Source: Felis catus
Lineage: Eukaryota
Direction: 5' to 3'
Length of the DNA: 64,000 nucleotides
Assembly (NCBI RefSeq): GCF_018350175.1
Contig: NC_058368.1
Coordinates: 155,374,001 to 155,438,000 of the forward strand
In this document: positions 25,032-38,951 of the stretch, piece by piece
How the letters are laid out: each line of letters opens with the position of its first letter
Numbering within the stretch: the first letter of the stretch is position 1
Notes under the pieces: model-generated
Databases searched by the model: none
Told to the model about the DNA's origin: nothing
Seen by the model: the letters and a program-made list of their open reading frames with translations, nothing else
Translations under genes and position numbers: made by a program

Positions 25032-26445
25032 CTAGAGCTAATAAATGAATTCAGTAAAGTTGCAGAGTACAACATCAACACACAACAACTAGTTGTGTTT
25101 CTATATGTCAGCAATGAATAATGTGGAAATTAAGAAAATAATTCCATTTACAATAGCATTCAAAAGAATAAAATGCTGAGGAACAAATTTAACAAAGAAG
25201 GTGAAAGACTTACACACTGAAAACTATAAAACATTGCTGAAAGAAATTAAAACACCCTAAATAAATGGAAATACATTCCATGCTCATGAATTGGAAGACT
25301 TAATATGGTTAAGATGACACTACTCCTCAAAGTGAACTAAATTTCTCAAATTTATATGGAACTACAAGGGATTCTGAATAGCCAAAATAATATCCAAAAG
25401 TAAAATGCAGTTGAAAGACTCACACTTCCCAATTTCAAAATTTACTACAAAGCTACACTAACCAAGAGTGTGGCAGTGACATAAGCATAGGTATAGAGAC
25501 CAACAGAATAGAACTGAATGAGAGTCTAGAAATAAACCCAATCATTCATAACCAGCTGATTTTTGACAAGACCGTTCAACAGGGTAAGAACAGTCTCCAA
25601 CAAATGGTTCAGGGATAAATGGATAACAACATACAAATAATGAAGTTGGACCCATACCTCACTTCTTATATAAAAATTAACTCAAATAAATGACCTAAAT
25701 ATAAGAGCTAAAACTATACAATTATCGAAGAAAAAACAGGGGTAATCTTTATAACCTCAGATCTGGCAAAAGATTCTAAGATTTGACACCAAAAGCATGA
25801 GCAATAAAAGTGAAAGACAAATTGGACTTCATAAAAATTAAAATCTGTTGTACATTAAACAACATTATCAAGAATGCCAAGGAACAACCTAAATAATGGA
25901 GAAAAAGTTTACAAATCATAGATCTGATAAAGGATTAAAAATGAGAATATACAAAGAACCCTTACAATTCAACACACAGACAAACAAACCCAAATAAAAA
26001 ATGGGCAAGAAACGTACAGTTTCTCCAAAGAAGAAAAAGCACATAAAATATTTTTAGTATCTCTAGTGACTGAAGAAATACATAATGAAAAACTCTTCAT
26101 ATCCACTAAGACAGCTTTAATCAAAGAATAAATTAATAAAAATAACAAGTGTTGGCAAGGATGTAGAGAAACAGGAACCCTTGTACATACCTGTTGGGAA
26201 TACAAAATAGTACAGCTGCTATGGAAAACAATTTGGCTATTCTTCAAAAAGGCAAACACAGAATAACCATACAATTCAGAAATTCTGCTCCTAGGTATAC
26301 ACCTAAAAGAAATGAAAACACATATCCACACAGAAAGTTGTACGTGAATGTTTATAGTAGCATTATTTATAATAGCCAAAGGATAGAAACAGCCCACATG
26401 CCCTTAAGTGGATACACGGATAAACAAATTGAGGTATGTATGTAT

Positions 26446-26448
<3 letters not shown>

Positions 26449-26483
<35 letters not shown>

Positions 26484-26484
26484 C
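26449..26484. repeat. (TG)n(CG)n microsatellite
   Basis: Direct reading. Confidence 0.97.
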
Positions 26485-27290
26485 ATTCAGACATAAAAAG
26501 GAAAAGAGAACTGATGTATTCTACAACTTGGATGAATCTCAAAAACACTACACTAAGTGAAAGAAAGCAGACACAAAAGATCACATATTGTATGGTCTAC
26601 TTAAATAACTGCTTGTAAGGTTTGCTATGATTTTCTTTGATTCTTTCAAACACTATGTATTTTTCAAGTAGTGATATTGTTATTTACATTGATTTAATCT
26701 ACAGTCTCCACAGCGTTTCATATATGATGCCCATCTTTCTATTTTAATCTCTAATGCTTCATTTTTGTCTTTTCTCATTAATAAAAAGTACAATTATACA
26801 TCTAAATCTACCATTAAACTACAATTATTTTAAAGTGATAAAATAAAGCCAAGTGCATAAGGAAAATGCACAGACTGAGGACCTCTCCAAAATTCTAAGA
26901 TGTCATTCTTAAAAGCACACAGTTTCTGTAATGAAATGTAAATGTTTACAGACTTTTCACCAAGAAACAGGAGAACCTAGGCTTGGTCACGGCCATGTAA
27001 ACTAACAAGTAATTTCAGAATCCTAATACTTAACTTTGTATTCTACTTGGGGGAAAAAATGTATTCCCAAAGTTTTTAATCTTTAATATATAAATGTTTG
27101 TACTATATAAAATCTTATAATAATGTATAATTGTACATATAAATATGGCTATTACTGGACATCTAATTTTTAAGAGAAAATAAGTTTATTTCAAAGCACT
27201 ACTTAACTCTATTAGCTATGAATTATTTTGGAAATGCTCACCTAAAACAAATTTGCTGAGTTTGTTTTACAAGTTTAAAACCAAGTAAAG

Positions 27291-28068
27291 AACTACAATG
27301 AGATACCATCTCATACCTTTCAGAATGGCTAAAATCAACAACACAAAAAACAACAGGTGTTGGTGAGGATGTGGAGAAAGAGGAACCCTCTTGCACTGTT
27401 GGTGGGAATGCAAACGGGTGCAGCCACTCTGGAAAACAGTATGGAGATTCCTCAGAAAGTTAAAAATAGAATTGCCCTATGATCTGGCAATTTCACTACT
27501 AGGTATTTACCTAAAGAATGTAAAACCACTAATTCAAAGGAATACATGCACACCAATGTTTATAGCAGCATTATCTATAATAGCCAAATTATGGAAGTAG
27601 CCCCAAATGTCCATCAAATATGAATGAATAAAGAGGATATGCTGCACACACACATACACACTCAATGGAATATTATTCGGCCATAAAAAAAGAATGACAT
27701 CTTGCCATTTGCAACGACATGGATGGAGCTAGAGTGTATTACGCTGAGTGAAATAAGTCAGAGAAAGACAAATGTCCTATGATTTCGCCCATATGTGGAA
27801 TTTAAAAAACAAAACAAGAAGGAAAAAAAAAGAAAGAGAGAGAAAGACAAGCAAACCAAGAAACAGACTCTTAATTGTAGAGAACTGATGGTTGCGAGAA
27901 GGGAGGTGGGTAGGGGAATGGGTTAAATAGGCGATGGGAATTAAGACGTGAATTTACTGAGATGAACACAGGGTGATGTATAGAAGTGTTGAATCACTAT
28001 ATTGCACACCTGAAACTAATATTATACTGTATATTCACCAACTGGAATTTAAAAAAAACTTAAAAAAA
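27291..28068 (+). mobile_element. 5'-truncated carnivore L1 (ORF2 C-terminus plus 3'UTR)
   Basis: [20 protein letters not shown] cysteine-rich motif; A tail; approximate TSD aaaac..a.taaagaa. Confidence 0.93.
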
Positions 28069-29240
28069 CAAATAAAGAATGTTTTGGGGTAGTGTAAATC
28101 AAATACAGTATACATTTCTCAAAATTCTTATAGAAGATAAATGGTTTTATTGCTAACATGACTATGATCTGAACATAAAGAAGAAATTCAGTACCCCCAT
28201 CATGAAAAAAATGAATTACTTCTCCAAGACTAAGTATCTCTTTTTCAAATATCAGTAGGTTTCCCTAAAAGTCAATAAAATCAAAGTGAAACACACAAAA
28301 AGAAACTCTGAATTCCTTTATTCATTCATAGTAATATGAAATAAACACAAAACCCACATTTCATTTTGTGTTTATGCAAATATTAAGCAAAGCATTCTAG
28401 CTGTTTATATCTTGCTTTGATCAAGCAGGCTTATCTATGAAAAAAAGAAACTGCTATGTTGCTAACGCTAGCTAAACCCATCCTATAAATTCTAGAGTCT
28501 GGGGAAAATAAATTTCTTGCAAGAAATCTATCCAATCAATAATCAGAATTGGGAATATGGGATGTCTTGGTCCTTATTGGAAGAACTCCCATTTTTGCCA
28601 GAATTGTTATTCAAGCACTTCGGTTATTATTCCCTTCTTTCTCTACGATGTCTCTCTACCTTGAATATTCAGAAATAGTAAGACATCCTCTTAATTTATG
28701 CATTAAGGAAACTGTTTGCACTGTTAAACAAATAAACATGTTTCCTACATTTATTTGTTCATGAGTTGAAAACAGAAATATAAGGTGTTTTTAATGTCTT
28801 TCTGGGTTTGCCATATAAAATAATTGCTCCCAGGCACTCTTAATTTACATACCATGACTTTTGTGACATTTCTCTCTTTTTTGTATTAAGTGAATATTCA
28901 TCTTAGGTCTCTCAAAGCACAACAACTTTTCTCCTGATTCCGATCCCTTTCTAGGATTCAAAATCCCTAGATGTGTGATAAAGAGACAGTCACTTTCTTG
29001 CCAGAAAAAAGAAGGATATATATGCAAGTACATAGGTCACTTTCTAAGTGTTTCCTTTAGTTAGCTTCCTCTTTACTGTGAACACACACAGCTTCATTAA
29101 ACCGTGCCAATTTTCAGTAATACAGCTTACATACAGAAAAAAATTACATGAAAAGAAACCCAATGACTCTGAAATATTCTGTCCAAATGAATGTACTTCC
29201 AAAATGTAGCCCTTCTTAAAATTTTATAATATTCAGTACT

Positions 29241-29453
29241 TTTTTTAATATTTTAATGTTTTATTTATTTTTGAGAGAGAGAGAGAGTAGAGGAAGGGCA
29301 AAGAGAGAGGGAGACCCAGAATCTGAAGCAGGCTCCAGGCTCTGAACTGTCCTGTCAGCACAGAGGCCAATGCAGGGCTCAAACTCACAAGCCACGAGAT
29401 CATGACCTGAGCCGAAGTTGGATGCTTAACAGACTGAGCCACCTAGGAGGCCC
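29241..29453 (-). mobile_element. CanSINE
   Basis: Reverse SINE; agtactttttt on both flanks. Confidence 0.92.
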
Positions 29454-30637
29454 TCAGTAGAGTACTTTTTTAAAGCTCTAATTCTTCCACATGTGTCACT
29501 GATTCTCAGTAGTCATTACCACAGACTGTGACAGACACCAAGTATCTCCAAGACCAGGTTTCTAGTTGAGTTTCTATTAATGCAATATGTAGGACATATA
29601 TAAAAGATGCCGAAATAGTAAATAACATGGATAACAACGGAGATATTATGCTGTTTGTTAAGGTTGCTGTGTGAAACGTTCCCATTCTCCTCCTCCTCCT
29701 CAGAGCTGTAATTAAAACTTTGGCTGCCTGAAACCAAATATAAGGTTGTGTTCTCCTCACCGAGATGTCAATCTTTCAACTAGTTGGTTTACAGATTCTG
29801 AGAGAATACATGCCCCTGTTTTAAACATGTGGATGAAATATATTCCCTTGGCAAATTCAATTAGATAAAAAATGGAGCTTTTTTTCTTAATTCCACATCA
29901 CTGTGGAACAGTGACAACTACAGGACCTTGGACTGTTATCTTGTTGAACCCTTTCTACTTATTAAGTGATGTGTGTCTTATTGTATCCATGCACAAATTC
30001 ATATTCAAATGTATACACTATACTCAAGTGCATTTAATGTAATACATATTTATAAATCTAAGTTGATAAAACTTTGACACAGATATCACAAATGTATGAA
30101 GAAAATGAAAGCAAATGCCATAGCCTGAAATATTAAAAAAAAAAGTTAAAATTCTCATTAGCTCTCTCACATTTATGTTTTCGCTAAACATGTCAGTAAA
30201 TGTATACACTGCATGATTTCCTATAACATGAATCAAAGGTCAGTTGGAAAACATTTCACTTTTCAGTTTGCTGATCGATGCACAGATTTAAATAATGTGT
30301 GCCATTTTTGCACTGGATTTTTTAAGTGTTTTTTTTTTTAAAAACTAAAGAAGTGTTATGCTTCAAAGTTTCTATACAATCAGGTCTTATAACAAAAAAA
30401 GAACCATAATGACAATAACTTTTGGGGTACGCTGAAAGTTAACTTTCCTTGGAGCCGCTTAAAGCAGTCTAAAGAACATAGTCTTTTCCCATTGCTTTTC
30501 AATGTTTAAAACATTATACATAGTATGAGTTAAAAGCTAACAAAAATAAGTAATAATAAAATTACTATTATTTTTATCACTCAAGAAACTCAAAAACAGT
30601 TGAAACAATTTTCCCAATACTTTCCCAAAATTCTTAC

Positions 30638-30886
30638 CTCTGGTCAAAGTTCCAAGTAAATATATCATGCCCAAAGAAGAATCTCTCTGAAAGCTACAAA
30701 CCTCTTTAAGGGATCTAAGATTTAACTATGATTTGCACATTTCCAGTCTATTTACTGTGTATTAATATTGCCTCCATATTTTAACTTGCAAAAATGCACA
30801 GCAAAAGATCTAGGTGAAATGTATGAAATATCAAAGTGCATCTGTGGCATGCCAATACCAGATACAGTTTTAATGAAACACCTGCA
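30638..30886 (-). other. Candidate non-coding or poison cassette exon (249 nt)
   Basis: Minus strand: ctctAAC branch-like motif, long pyrimidine tract, tttgcAG| ... GAG|GTAAGA. Stop codons in all three frames. Confidence 0.3.
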
Positions 30887-31026
30887 CTGCAAATAGAGGA
30901 GTATAAAAGAAAGAAAGGGAAGACCCAAGTTAGAGGGCAGCACAAGTGAAACAAAGACATAAAATCAAATAGCAATGAATGTCATTGGATAAAGGCTCTT
31001 CAATGACTTTAAAAATACCCTAAACT

Positions 31027-31234
31027 GGGGCGCCTGGGTGGCGCTGTCGGTTAAGCGTCCGACTTCAGCCAGGTCACAATCTCATGGTTCGTGAGTTCGA
31101 GCCCCGCGTCAGGCTCTGGGCTGATGGCTCAGAGCCTGGAGCCTGTTTCCCATTCTGTGTCTCCCTCTCTCTCTGCCCCTCCCCCATTCATGCTCTGTCT
31201 CTCTCTGTCCCAAAAATAAATAAACGTTGAAAAA
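31027..31234 (+). mobile_element. Young felid SINEC_Fc
   Basis: TSD aaaaataccct(a/g)aac at 31011-31025 and 31235-31249. Confidence 0.96.
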
Positions 31235-31699
31235 AAAAATACCCTGAACCAAGAATCTGCACTTGTATCCACAAATCATACTTTGGCCATTTTTTTTCTG
31301 TTTTACTAAAAAGAATTTATATTCCTATAATGTGTAAAAGCCTTGTAATTTTATTTATTGCCCTTTTGAAAAAAGCACTAACATTAGTTGACCTGGATTC
31401 TCAACACAGATTTTTCTTTGATTTAGAGGTAGATGAAAAAAAAAAAAAGGAAAATAAGGCAGAGAAGAGAAAAAGGAAGAGAATATACTGGAAATACGTA
31501 AAATAACTATTACGGAAGATCAATAATCTTTCCAAGCAGAAGAAAGAGGGGACTGTTTTGTAGGAAATGCCATAATTTTAGTCATAAGATATTTCTTTAA
31601 AACTTGTCTCTTATTTGTGAATGTGGGCATGTATTCCTTCAGCCCATTAATTATAGAAAAAAGGATAACAGACACGAGTGAGAGAAAATAAATGCTGTG

Positions 31700-32240
31700 G
31701 ATCTATTTCTAGGAACATGACAAAGTGAATTTTTCCTGCTCCAAACACAAAGAAATGGTAGATAAAATACAACCAAAAAAAAATAATATATAGCTTAGAA
31801 ATACCCAGGCTCCAAAAGCAAAGAGAGAACCCTAGCCAGAGTTACAAGAGCCAAAGCTAACAGCATGACAACTTAGAGAAGTCCAGAGTAGAAACAGGTA
31901 TAAGAGCCAGTAACTGAAGTTTTAAGGTCCATAACTAGGGACGTAATACATGGTTTGGAGCCCACACAATAGGGAAGTTAAACTGAAGTAACTGGGATAC
32001 CTGAGTAAAAAGTTCAGATAATCACAGGGCTGTTTACCCTATTAAAAAAAAAGTGTTAAAAATAAAAACAAAATCTCTTCTCACAATCCCAGAAGAGAAG
32101 AAAGGAAGAGGGTTCTCTGCCAAAAGCTCTACATAGGAAAACAGTTTCCTACGAAAGAGCAAAACCTGAAGATAGGTTTGAGGTCTGAATTTACGTTACA
32201 TGCATGGTATGGTAATCCCATGTAAGATAAAAAAACAGAT
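31700..32240 (+). mobile_element. Probable very old L1 5' region
   Basis: Degenerate resemblance to L1M 5'UTR (cctgctccaaacacaaagaaatggtagataaaata). Weak. Confidence 0.4.
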
Positions 32241-32244
32241 CCTA

Positions 32245-32470
32245 GGGGTGCCTGGGTGGCTCAGACGGTTAGGCGTCTGACTTTGGCTCAGGTCATGATC
32301 TCTCGGTCAGTGAGTTTGAGCCCCGCGTCGGGCTCTGTGCTGACTGCTCAGAGCCTGGAGCCTATTTCAGATTCTGTGTCTCCCTCTCTCTCTGACCCTC
32401 CCCCGTTCATGCTCTGTCTCTCTCTGTTTCAAAAATAAATAAACGTTAAAAAAAATTTTTTTAAAAAAAC
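32245..32470 (+). mobile_element. CanSINE
   Basis: TSD aacagatccta. Confidence 0.95.
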
Positions 32471-32489
32471 AACAGATCCTAGTAAGGAA

Positions 32490-34720
32490 TTTTTACATAC
32501 TATTATGGTATGATCTCCAGGAAATAGTAAATGAAAAAAGCTGTGTGATGAACAGTGTAAATAGTAAGCATATGTTTATATAAGGAAATAGAAATACATA
32601 GACACACATATTTGATTCCATTTACTTTAAAAGGTAGATATCAATCAAAAGCTAACTAAATTATTCATCTGTAAGAAAGAAAAACAGAGGGTGGAAAGAA
32701 GGAGAGAAGCCAGACTTTTCTAAATTTATCTTATTTTACTATGAAACCGAAAATATCTGATATGATTATGAAACAAAGTTGAATCCAGAATTTAAAAAGT
32801 ACTCCCCAAAATTTGAAAGTAAACTGAAACAAACTAATCCATGTATCAAGTCAATGGCTTAAACACACAGCAAACAATTCTATCAAGAGACAGGTTGATT
32901 ACAGATTGTCAGTGGGATGTACAACAAGGACCAAAATAGTGGCAAGAAGATTTAAACTATTTTGTAGCCATATTATTAATAATGGCATTGGTGTTGACAA
33001 ACTGATATCAATATATAAACAGCAATTATTTGTATTAAGGTCACTAGGAACCAACATTTTCAGCTTAAAAGAAAAACTCACAAACACAAATCCAAAAAAA
33101 GTTAAAAATCCTTGTAATCCCAAATTTGAATTAGAAATATCAGGATAAATTCATGAAGTATTTTTCTTTAAAAAAAAGTTTATTTCCTAACTGATCATAT
33201 TTCCACTTTACAGGTCTAGAAATAATGACAAGTCCAGAGCATTGAGCACCCCCAACATCTAAACTGTGGTCTCCAAATGGAACTTATGCACTAAAAGGAA
33301 ATACAGTTACTTAAAACAAATGATCGCAGATCTGGGGTAGGAAACAGACAAGATGAGCCTGAAATACCTGACTGTCCCAGAAAACAAGTAAGTTATCAAA
33401 AGGTGATGGTGGTGTGTCAAAAGGGCTCAGTAGCTAACTTGAGGAGATGGCAAAAGATGTGACAATTTTAGGAAAAAGATAATAATGTCAATAGGTTAAA
33501 ATATTAAATGTGTTAAAAATCCATATGTTCATAGCAATAATAAAAAATGAATGTTCATAATTGCTTTTGGAGGATGCCAGAAAACCAACTTACTATTTTG
33601 AAAACTAGTAAGTAAAAGGTAAAAACCATGCATTTTTTTCCTGTCTTTTCTTATTAACTGTATCTCAGAAAAACTGAATAGTTGATGAGGGCAAGTTCTT
33701 CTTTATAGAATATTCCAGCTAATATATGAAAAAGAAAGTTAGATTTTACAACTCTGAATGGCAGGATGAATCTGGGCAATGATCATCAACAGGTGCTAAG
33801 AAAATCATTAGGTAAATAGCAGATAGGGAACTTTATAATCTACAGATCACGCTGACAATACCTGAAACTACTGATCAATCTTAACATCACACACACAAAA
33901 AGAGCAACCTCTTATGCCTCCTGATATGATGCAAAAGAAAGTATACAACACCATGTATGAAATATTCTTACCAAATAAAAATCAAGCCTGTGTAAGCCTG
34001 TAGATATGAATACTGGTTGACAGAGAATAGAGAGAGAGTAACACATTTAACAACACTTCAGATGCAATTAGCAAATCCTGAATGTGGTGTACAGGAAAGA
34101 GTTAATACAGCAGGATTGAAACTGCTATCCTTAGAAAAGTCTGTTTGCAAGACTGGCCTTTAGCTGGTGTCTGAGAATTTGTATTTCAGTAGAGTTCCCA
34201 CCATTCCCAGAACTGATAAGAGTGCTCAATGTGCCTGTTTGTACAATGTGGTTTATGCTGGACATCTGTTCTCCTTCTACGAGTCCAGAATTTTGGTATA
34301 TGCCAGGCAGAAGATGCCTACATAACCAGCCTCCAATAAAAACCCGGGCACTGAGTCTCTAGTAAGCTTCCCTTTTAAACATTTCACACATGTTGTCACA
34401 ACTCATTCCTGAGGGAATTAAATACAACCTGTGTAACTGCACTAAGAAAATACTCTTAGACACTCGTGCCTGGTTTTCTTCAGACTTTGCCCCATTCACC
34501 TTTTCCCTTTACTGATACTGCTCTGTATCCTTTTGCTATAATAAATCATAGCCAGGAGTACAACTATATGCTGAATCCTTTGAGTCCCCCTAGTCCATCA
34601 ATAAACCTGGGGTGGTCTTTGGAATCGCCAACACAATGGGAAACTTTACAAATTAATACATTGATCTGTTCAATAAATAAATTGCACAAAAAACAAGGTG
34701 GGAAAATCTATACAGAAATT
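32490..34720 (+). mobile_element. Old LINE-1 long 3'UTR (L1MC-like), split by an LTR
   Basis: Motifs tctagaaataatgac, gttcttctttatagaatattccagctaata and ctgatcaatcttaacatcac; sequence resumes after the LTR. Confidence 0.65.
34088..34635 (+). mobile_element. Solo LTR, ERVL class (MER68-like)
   Basis: TG...CA termini; begins tgtacaggaaagagttaatacagcagg..ctgctatccttagaaa; internal aataaa near 34335; ends ctggggtggtctttggaatcgccaacaca. Confidence 0.85.
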
Positions 34721-37240
34721 TAATAACAAATGTTTAATTATAGTGTTTTGTTTCAGTTCCTATGACTAAATATGGCAAACACGGACTGAAAATTTATTCT
34801 ATGATTCAGAAACATAAAACCTAAAAAGAAATTTAAATAAACATCCAAATAATTCTACAAGTCTGTGGAATTTCTACTCTTTAGGTCATTCAAATTTAAA
34901 ACTGCAGTAAGACTTTTGGGCCAACCTATATAAATAAACTAAATTTGACTCAAGAAGAGTACCAAAAACCTGAATATATTTATAAACATCAAAGAATTAA
35001 ATCAGCAGCCAAATATCTATACACAAGAAAGCACCGGGCCAAGGCTGTTGTTTTTAGGCAAGTGTTACCAAATCTTATAAAAAACAGATAACCTTTATTT
35101 TAAATAAAATATTCCAGAGAACAGAATAAGAGAGAAAGCTGTTCAGCCCATTATATAAAGCTAGTATGATCTTAATGCTCAAAATGACAAAACTGTATTT
35201 AAAAAACAATAGGATATTCAAATTTACTAACATAGATTAAAGAAATTCTACACAAAATATTAGCAAATTTAATGAATTTAATCATGCAGAGTGCATCTAT
35301 ATACATCATCTACATATCTACCTACCTACATACATGTATCTACACAGACTACATCATGATCAAGTTTTATCCCAAGAAGCCAATGATTAATCAATGTACT
35401 TTGCCACATCAATATGTAAAACAAGAAATATACAAGAAACTTTTAAAAGGATCTAAGAAAAAATTCAACATCTATTCATTACCTTTTATTAAGATCCTCT
35501 TAGCAAGTTAAGAATGCAAGGAAATTTCCTTAACCTGACATTTAATGGGAAAACTTTAAAAGCATTTACTTTAATGTCAGAAACAAGATGGGAATGTTTA
35601 TTACTACATACTGCCTACATTCAACTTTTCTTAAGTACAGGAAATCCTAACCAATTTCAACAGTAGTTATTATTTTCAGGTAATATTATTACATACAATA
35701 TCCCAGAAAATCTACAAAGTGTCAAAACTAATAATAGAGTTCAACAAGGTTACTGGATACCAGATCAAAATACAAATAACTAATAGTACTCCTATGTACA
35801 AGCAATAACCAAGTAGAAATGTAATAGAAGATCTCATTAGCAACAGAAATAAAATCATAATGTACCTAAGAGTATATCTAACAAAATCAGAATAAGACCT
35901 ATTATAATTTATAAGGAAATTATTAAACTTTATTGTCAGGTATAAATGGAAACATAAATGAATGGGAAGATATACCATAATAGTAGATGGGAAGACTAAG
36001 TTTCATGAAAATGTCTATTCTCACTAAATTACTTTATTAATTCAATTCCAGTAGAAATCCCATGAGAGTTGTTAACAGTACTTGACAACAGGACCCCATA
36101 ATTCACACGTGAGAGAAGACGCTGAAAACAGAACAATTTTCAAGAAGACAGACAAGGTGGCAAGACTTACCTTGAACAGCCATCATCTTATTATAAAGCT
36201 CTGATAATTTAGATGGCATGATACTGGCACAAAGATAAACAAATCAACAACACAGAATAGAGAACCCAGAAATAGATCCATCTACATATGGCAATTTGGT
36301 AAATGAAAAAGTTGGCAATACAAATCACTAGGAAAAGGAAAAAGTATTTAAAAAAATTAATCTGAAGAAAATTAGGTACATATATGGGCAAAAAATTAGA
36401 TCACTGTGTCACAAAATAAGTCCCAGGTAATTTTAAAATGCTAGATCTAGAAAGCAAAATTATAACATTTCTAAGGAAAAAAGCAGGAAATTAACCATAT
36501 GAACATCAAATAAGTAAAACTTGCTTCAACAAGATACAAAAAATTATAAGCATTAAAGTGAAAAGCTAAAACTTCTTACATAGTAAATTTTAAAACTCCT
36601 ATATAATATACCAAACACCATAAACAAAGTAAAAAGACACAAATAGGACAAATTTATAAAGCATGCAACCAAAAAGGAATTATTATAAAGAACTTCTAAA
36701 TCAAAAAGAAAAAAAACAATTTAAAAAAAAAGAAATGTAAATAGGTATTTCACAGAAAAGGAAATCCAAATGGTCAAGAAACATATAAAAGGTTGCTCAA
36801 CTTCACTAAATGTTAGGGAAATGCAAATTAAAACAAAATAACATTTGATACTATAGTCCAATTACATTAAGTTTCAGCAACTATATGAAAAAAAAGAAAT
36901 CTTACAGAGTGCTGGTTGAGTCATAAGTTGAAATAGCTACTTTAAGGAATGATTTGGCCTCAGTGTGTGAAGTTGATAATGATTACAACAAAGAAATGCA
37001 TACCCTAAAAAAAAAAAAAGAAAAAAAAGAAAGCCTTCATACGTATGTGTAAGGAAACATGCATAAAACTGCTCACTGCAGCATTATTTTAACAATTAAA
37101 AACTGAAAATAGCCTAAATGTCCATAATTCAGTGTGTCATTGTAGATAAATCTCAAAAACATAATGCTGAGTTAAAACTAATCTCCAGAATATTAAAAGT
37201 ATAATACCATTTGTATGAAGTTTAAAACATGCAAAAAATG

Positions 37241-37465
37241 GGGGCACCTGGGTGGCTTAGTTGGTTAAGCATCTGACTTCAGCTCAGGTCATGATCTCAC
37301 GGTTTGTAAGTTCAAGCCCCACTTGGGGCTCTGTGCTGACAGTTCGGAGACTGGAGCCTACTTTGGATTCTCTGTCTCCCTCTCTCTCTGTCCCTTCCCC
37401 ATTCATGCTCTGTCTCTCTCTTTTTCAAAAATAAAATTTTAAAAAACATTAAAATAAATAAACTT
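37241..37465 (+). mobile_element. CanSINE
   Basis: TSD aaaacatgcaaa(a/c)aatg. Confidence 0.94.
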
Positions 37466-37491
37466 AAAAACATGCAAACAATGGTTTATAT

Positions 37492-37677
37492 GAGAACTTC
37501 TCACAACGATAAAAATGTTCTGTATCTGCACACCCAATACAGTAGCCTAAGCTACATATGGCTATTAAACAGTTGGAATGTGGCTAACATTCCTGAGGAA
37601 CTGAATGTATTTTATTTTAATTAATTTAAGTTTAAAGAGTCAGATATTAATGTTTCTACCCTATTTGGCAGAGCAGG
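37492..37677 (+). mobile_element. MER3-like hAT-Charlie MITE
   Basis: agaactt..aaatgttctgtatctgc..caatacagtagcc..catatggctatt..aatgtggcta..ctgaggaactgaat..ttaatttaa, colinear with MER3 as I recall it. Confidence 0.85.
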
Positions 37678-38794
37678 GCTATATAATTTATGGGTACATA
37701 CATACACAGAAATATAAAAACTTGGAGGAAGAATACACATCAACTTCAGGATAGCAGTTACTCCTGGGGAAGTGAAGTGGGTGGGATGTGAAGGGATTTG
37801 ACAGTCTCTGTGACCTTTCATTTCTTCAAAACAACAAAAACATATAAAGCAAATATGCCAGAATACTAGTATTTGTTAAAACTGATGAATCTGGTTTTTA
37901 GTATGTTTGAAATATTTCCCATTTACTTTTTCTAATATTTCCTACTTTAAATGTTTCCCTTTCACTTCTTTGAAATATTTACCTATTTAAATTTTTAAAT
38001 AACTTTTTGAAAGTAAACAGTGTTTAAATATTTATCATACTTGGAGATCTAAAGCCAGGTGATCAACTCTCCTATATATAGTCTCAATGAATACATATAT
38101 AACATTGAGAAAAGCAAACAATGGAGCAAAAGCTATGACACAATACACTTGCATAGTTACTAACTTGATTTTTACAATTAATTTTCAAAGGTCCAACAAA
38201 GAAATTTCAAAAACGTGTTATTTTACTTAGATTCTAAATATACCAAATGGAATAACCATGTGTTTATCTTATAATTAGAAGTATTAAAAATATATTAAAT
38301 AAAATAGTCAAGGTAGCACTGAACCAGGGATCCAGGCAGTTCATACTAACTTTCTAATACCAGTTTGTATTAACTTTCTGTATTCTATTCACCACGTTTG
38401 CTCATTTGTACAGGATGACCTAGAGAGTCTCTGCATTCACTGTCAATTTTTATACGATGGGAACTTTCAATCCAGTTTCATTTCTTCTTTTAAATATGTA
38501 CTATAAGTTGTTTAGAATAATCATCCCTTCGTATCAAAGTGTGAAAAATCTGCATACCTGAAATCCAAATTCCCTTACTGCTGTCTAACTGTCCATACAA
38601 CAGATAAAAAAATAGAAGAGTAAAATAAATGATCAGCTGGTCAGGGATCCACAGCTCTCAAACTCATTTTGCAAAGCTGGAAACTCTTCTAATAGGTTGA
38701 TTTTCATGTGGATATCCCAAGATCCTGAACAGAATATGTGATTCTCCATATATACTGCATTCTTAGAGTGCATATTCTTAGAGTGCATATGCTA

Positions 38795-38951
38795 GCAGGG
38801 GCGGGGACAGAGAGAGAGAGGGGGAGAGAGAGAGAAGCCCAAGCGGACTCCGTGCTGACAGCAGGGAGCCCGATCCCACTAATGGTGGGATCATGACCTG
38901 AGCCGAACCCAAGAGTTGAATGCTTAACAGACTGAGCCACCCAGGCACCCC
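38795..38951 (-). mobile_element. CanSINE lacking its 3' tail
   Basis: Head and body present; sequence stops after the (CT) region with no A tail or TSD. Confidence 0.9.

Larger units (their letters stand above)
18590..26600 (+). mobile_element. Near-full-length old LINE-1 (L1MB-like), decayed, hosting many nested insertions
   Basis: 5'UTR start gaagatggcagagtaggaagctc; ORF1 remnants at about 19.6-20.8 kb; endonuclease motifs from about 21640; RT region at 24-25 kb; C-terminus to about 26590. No intact ORF. Confidence 0.9.
34900..37920 (+). mobile_element. Very old LINE-1 (L1ME-like) ORF2 and 3' end
   Basis: Colinear degenerate ORF2 motifs, e.g. atagagaacccagaaatagatcca and gttgctcaacttcactaaatgttagggaaatgcaaattaaaac. 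Confidence 0.8.

Noticed and set aside
29506..29800. Minus-strand ORFs with an acidic SEEEEE or basic RRRRR run and a tttcAG acceptor at 29728
   Set aside because: The run comes from a short (GAG)n repeat. I found no matching donor and no recognisable protein.
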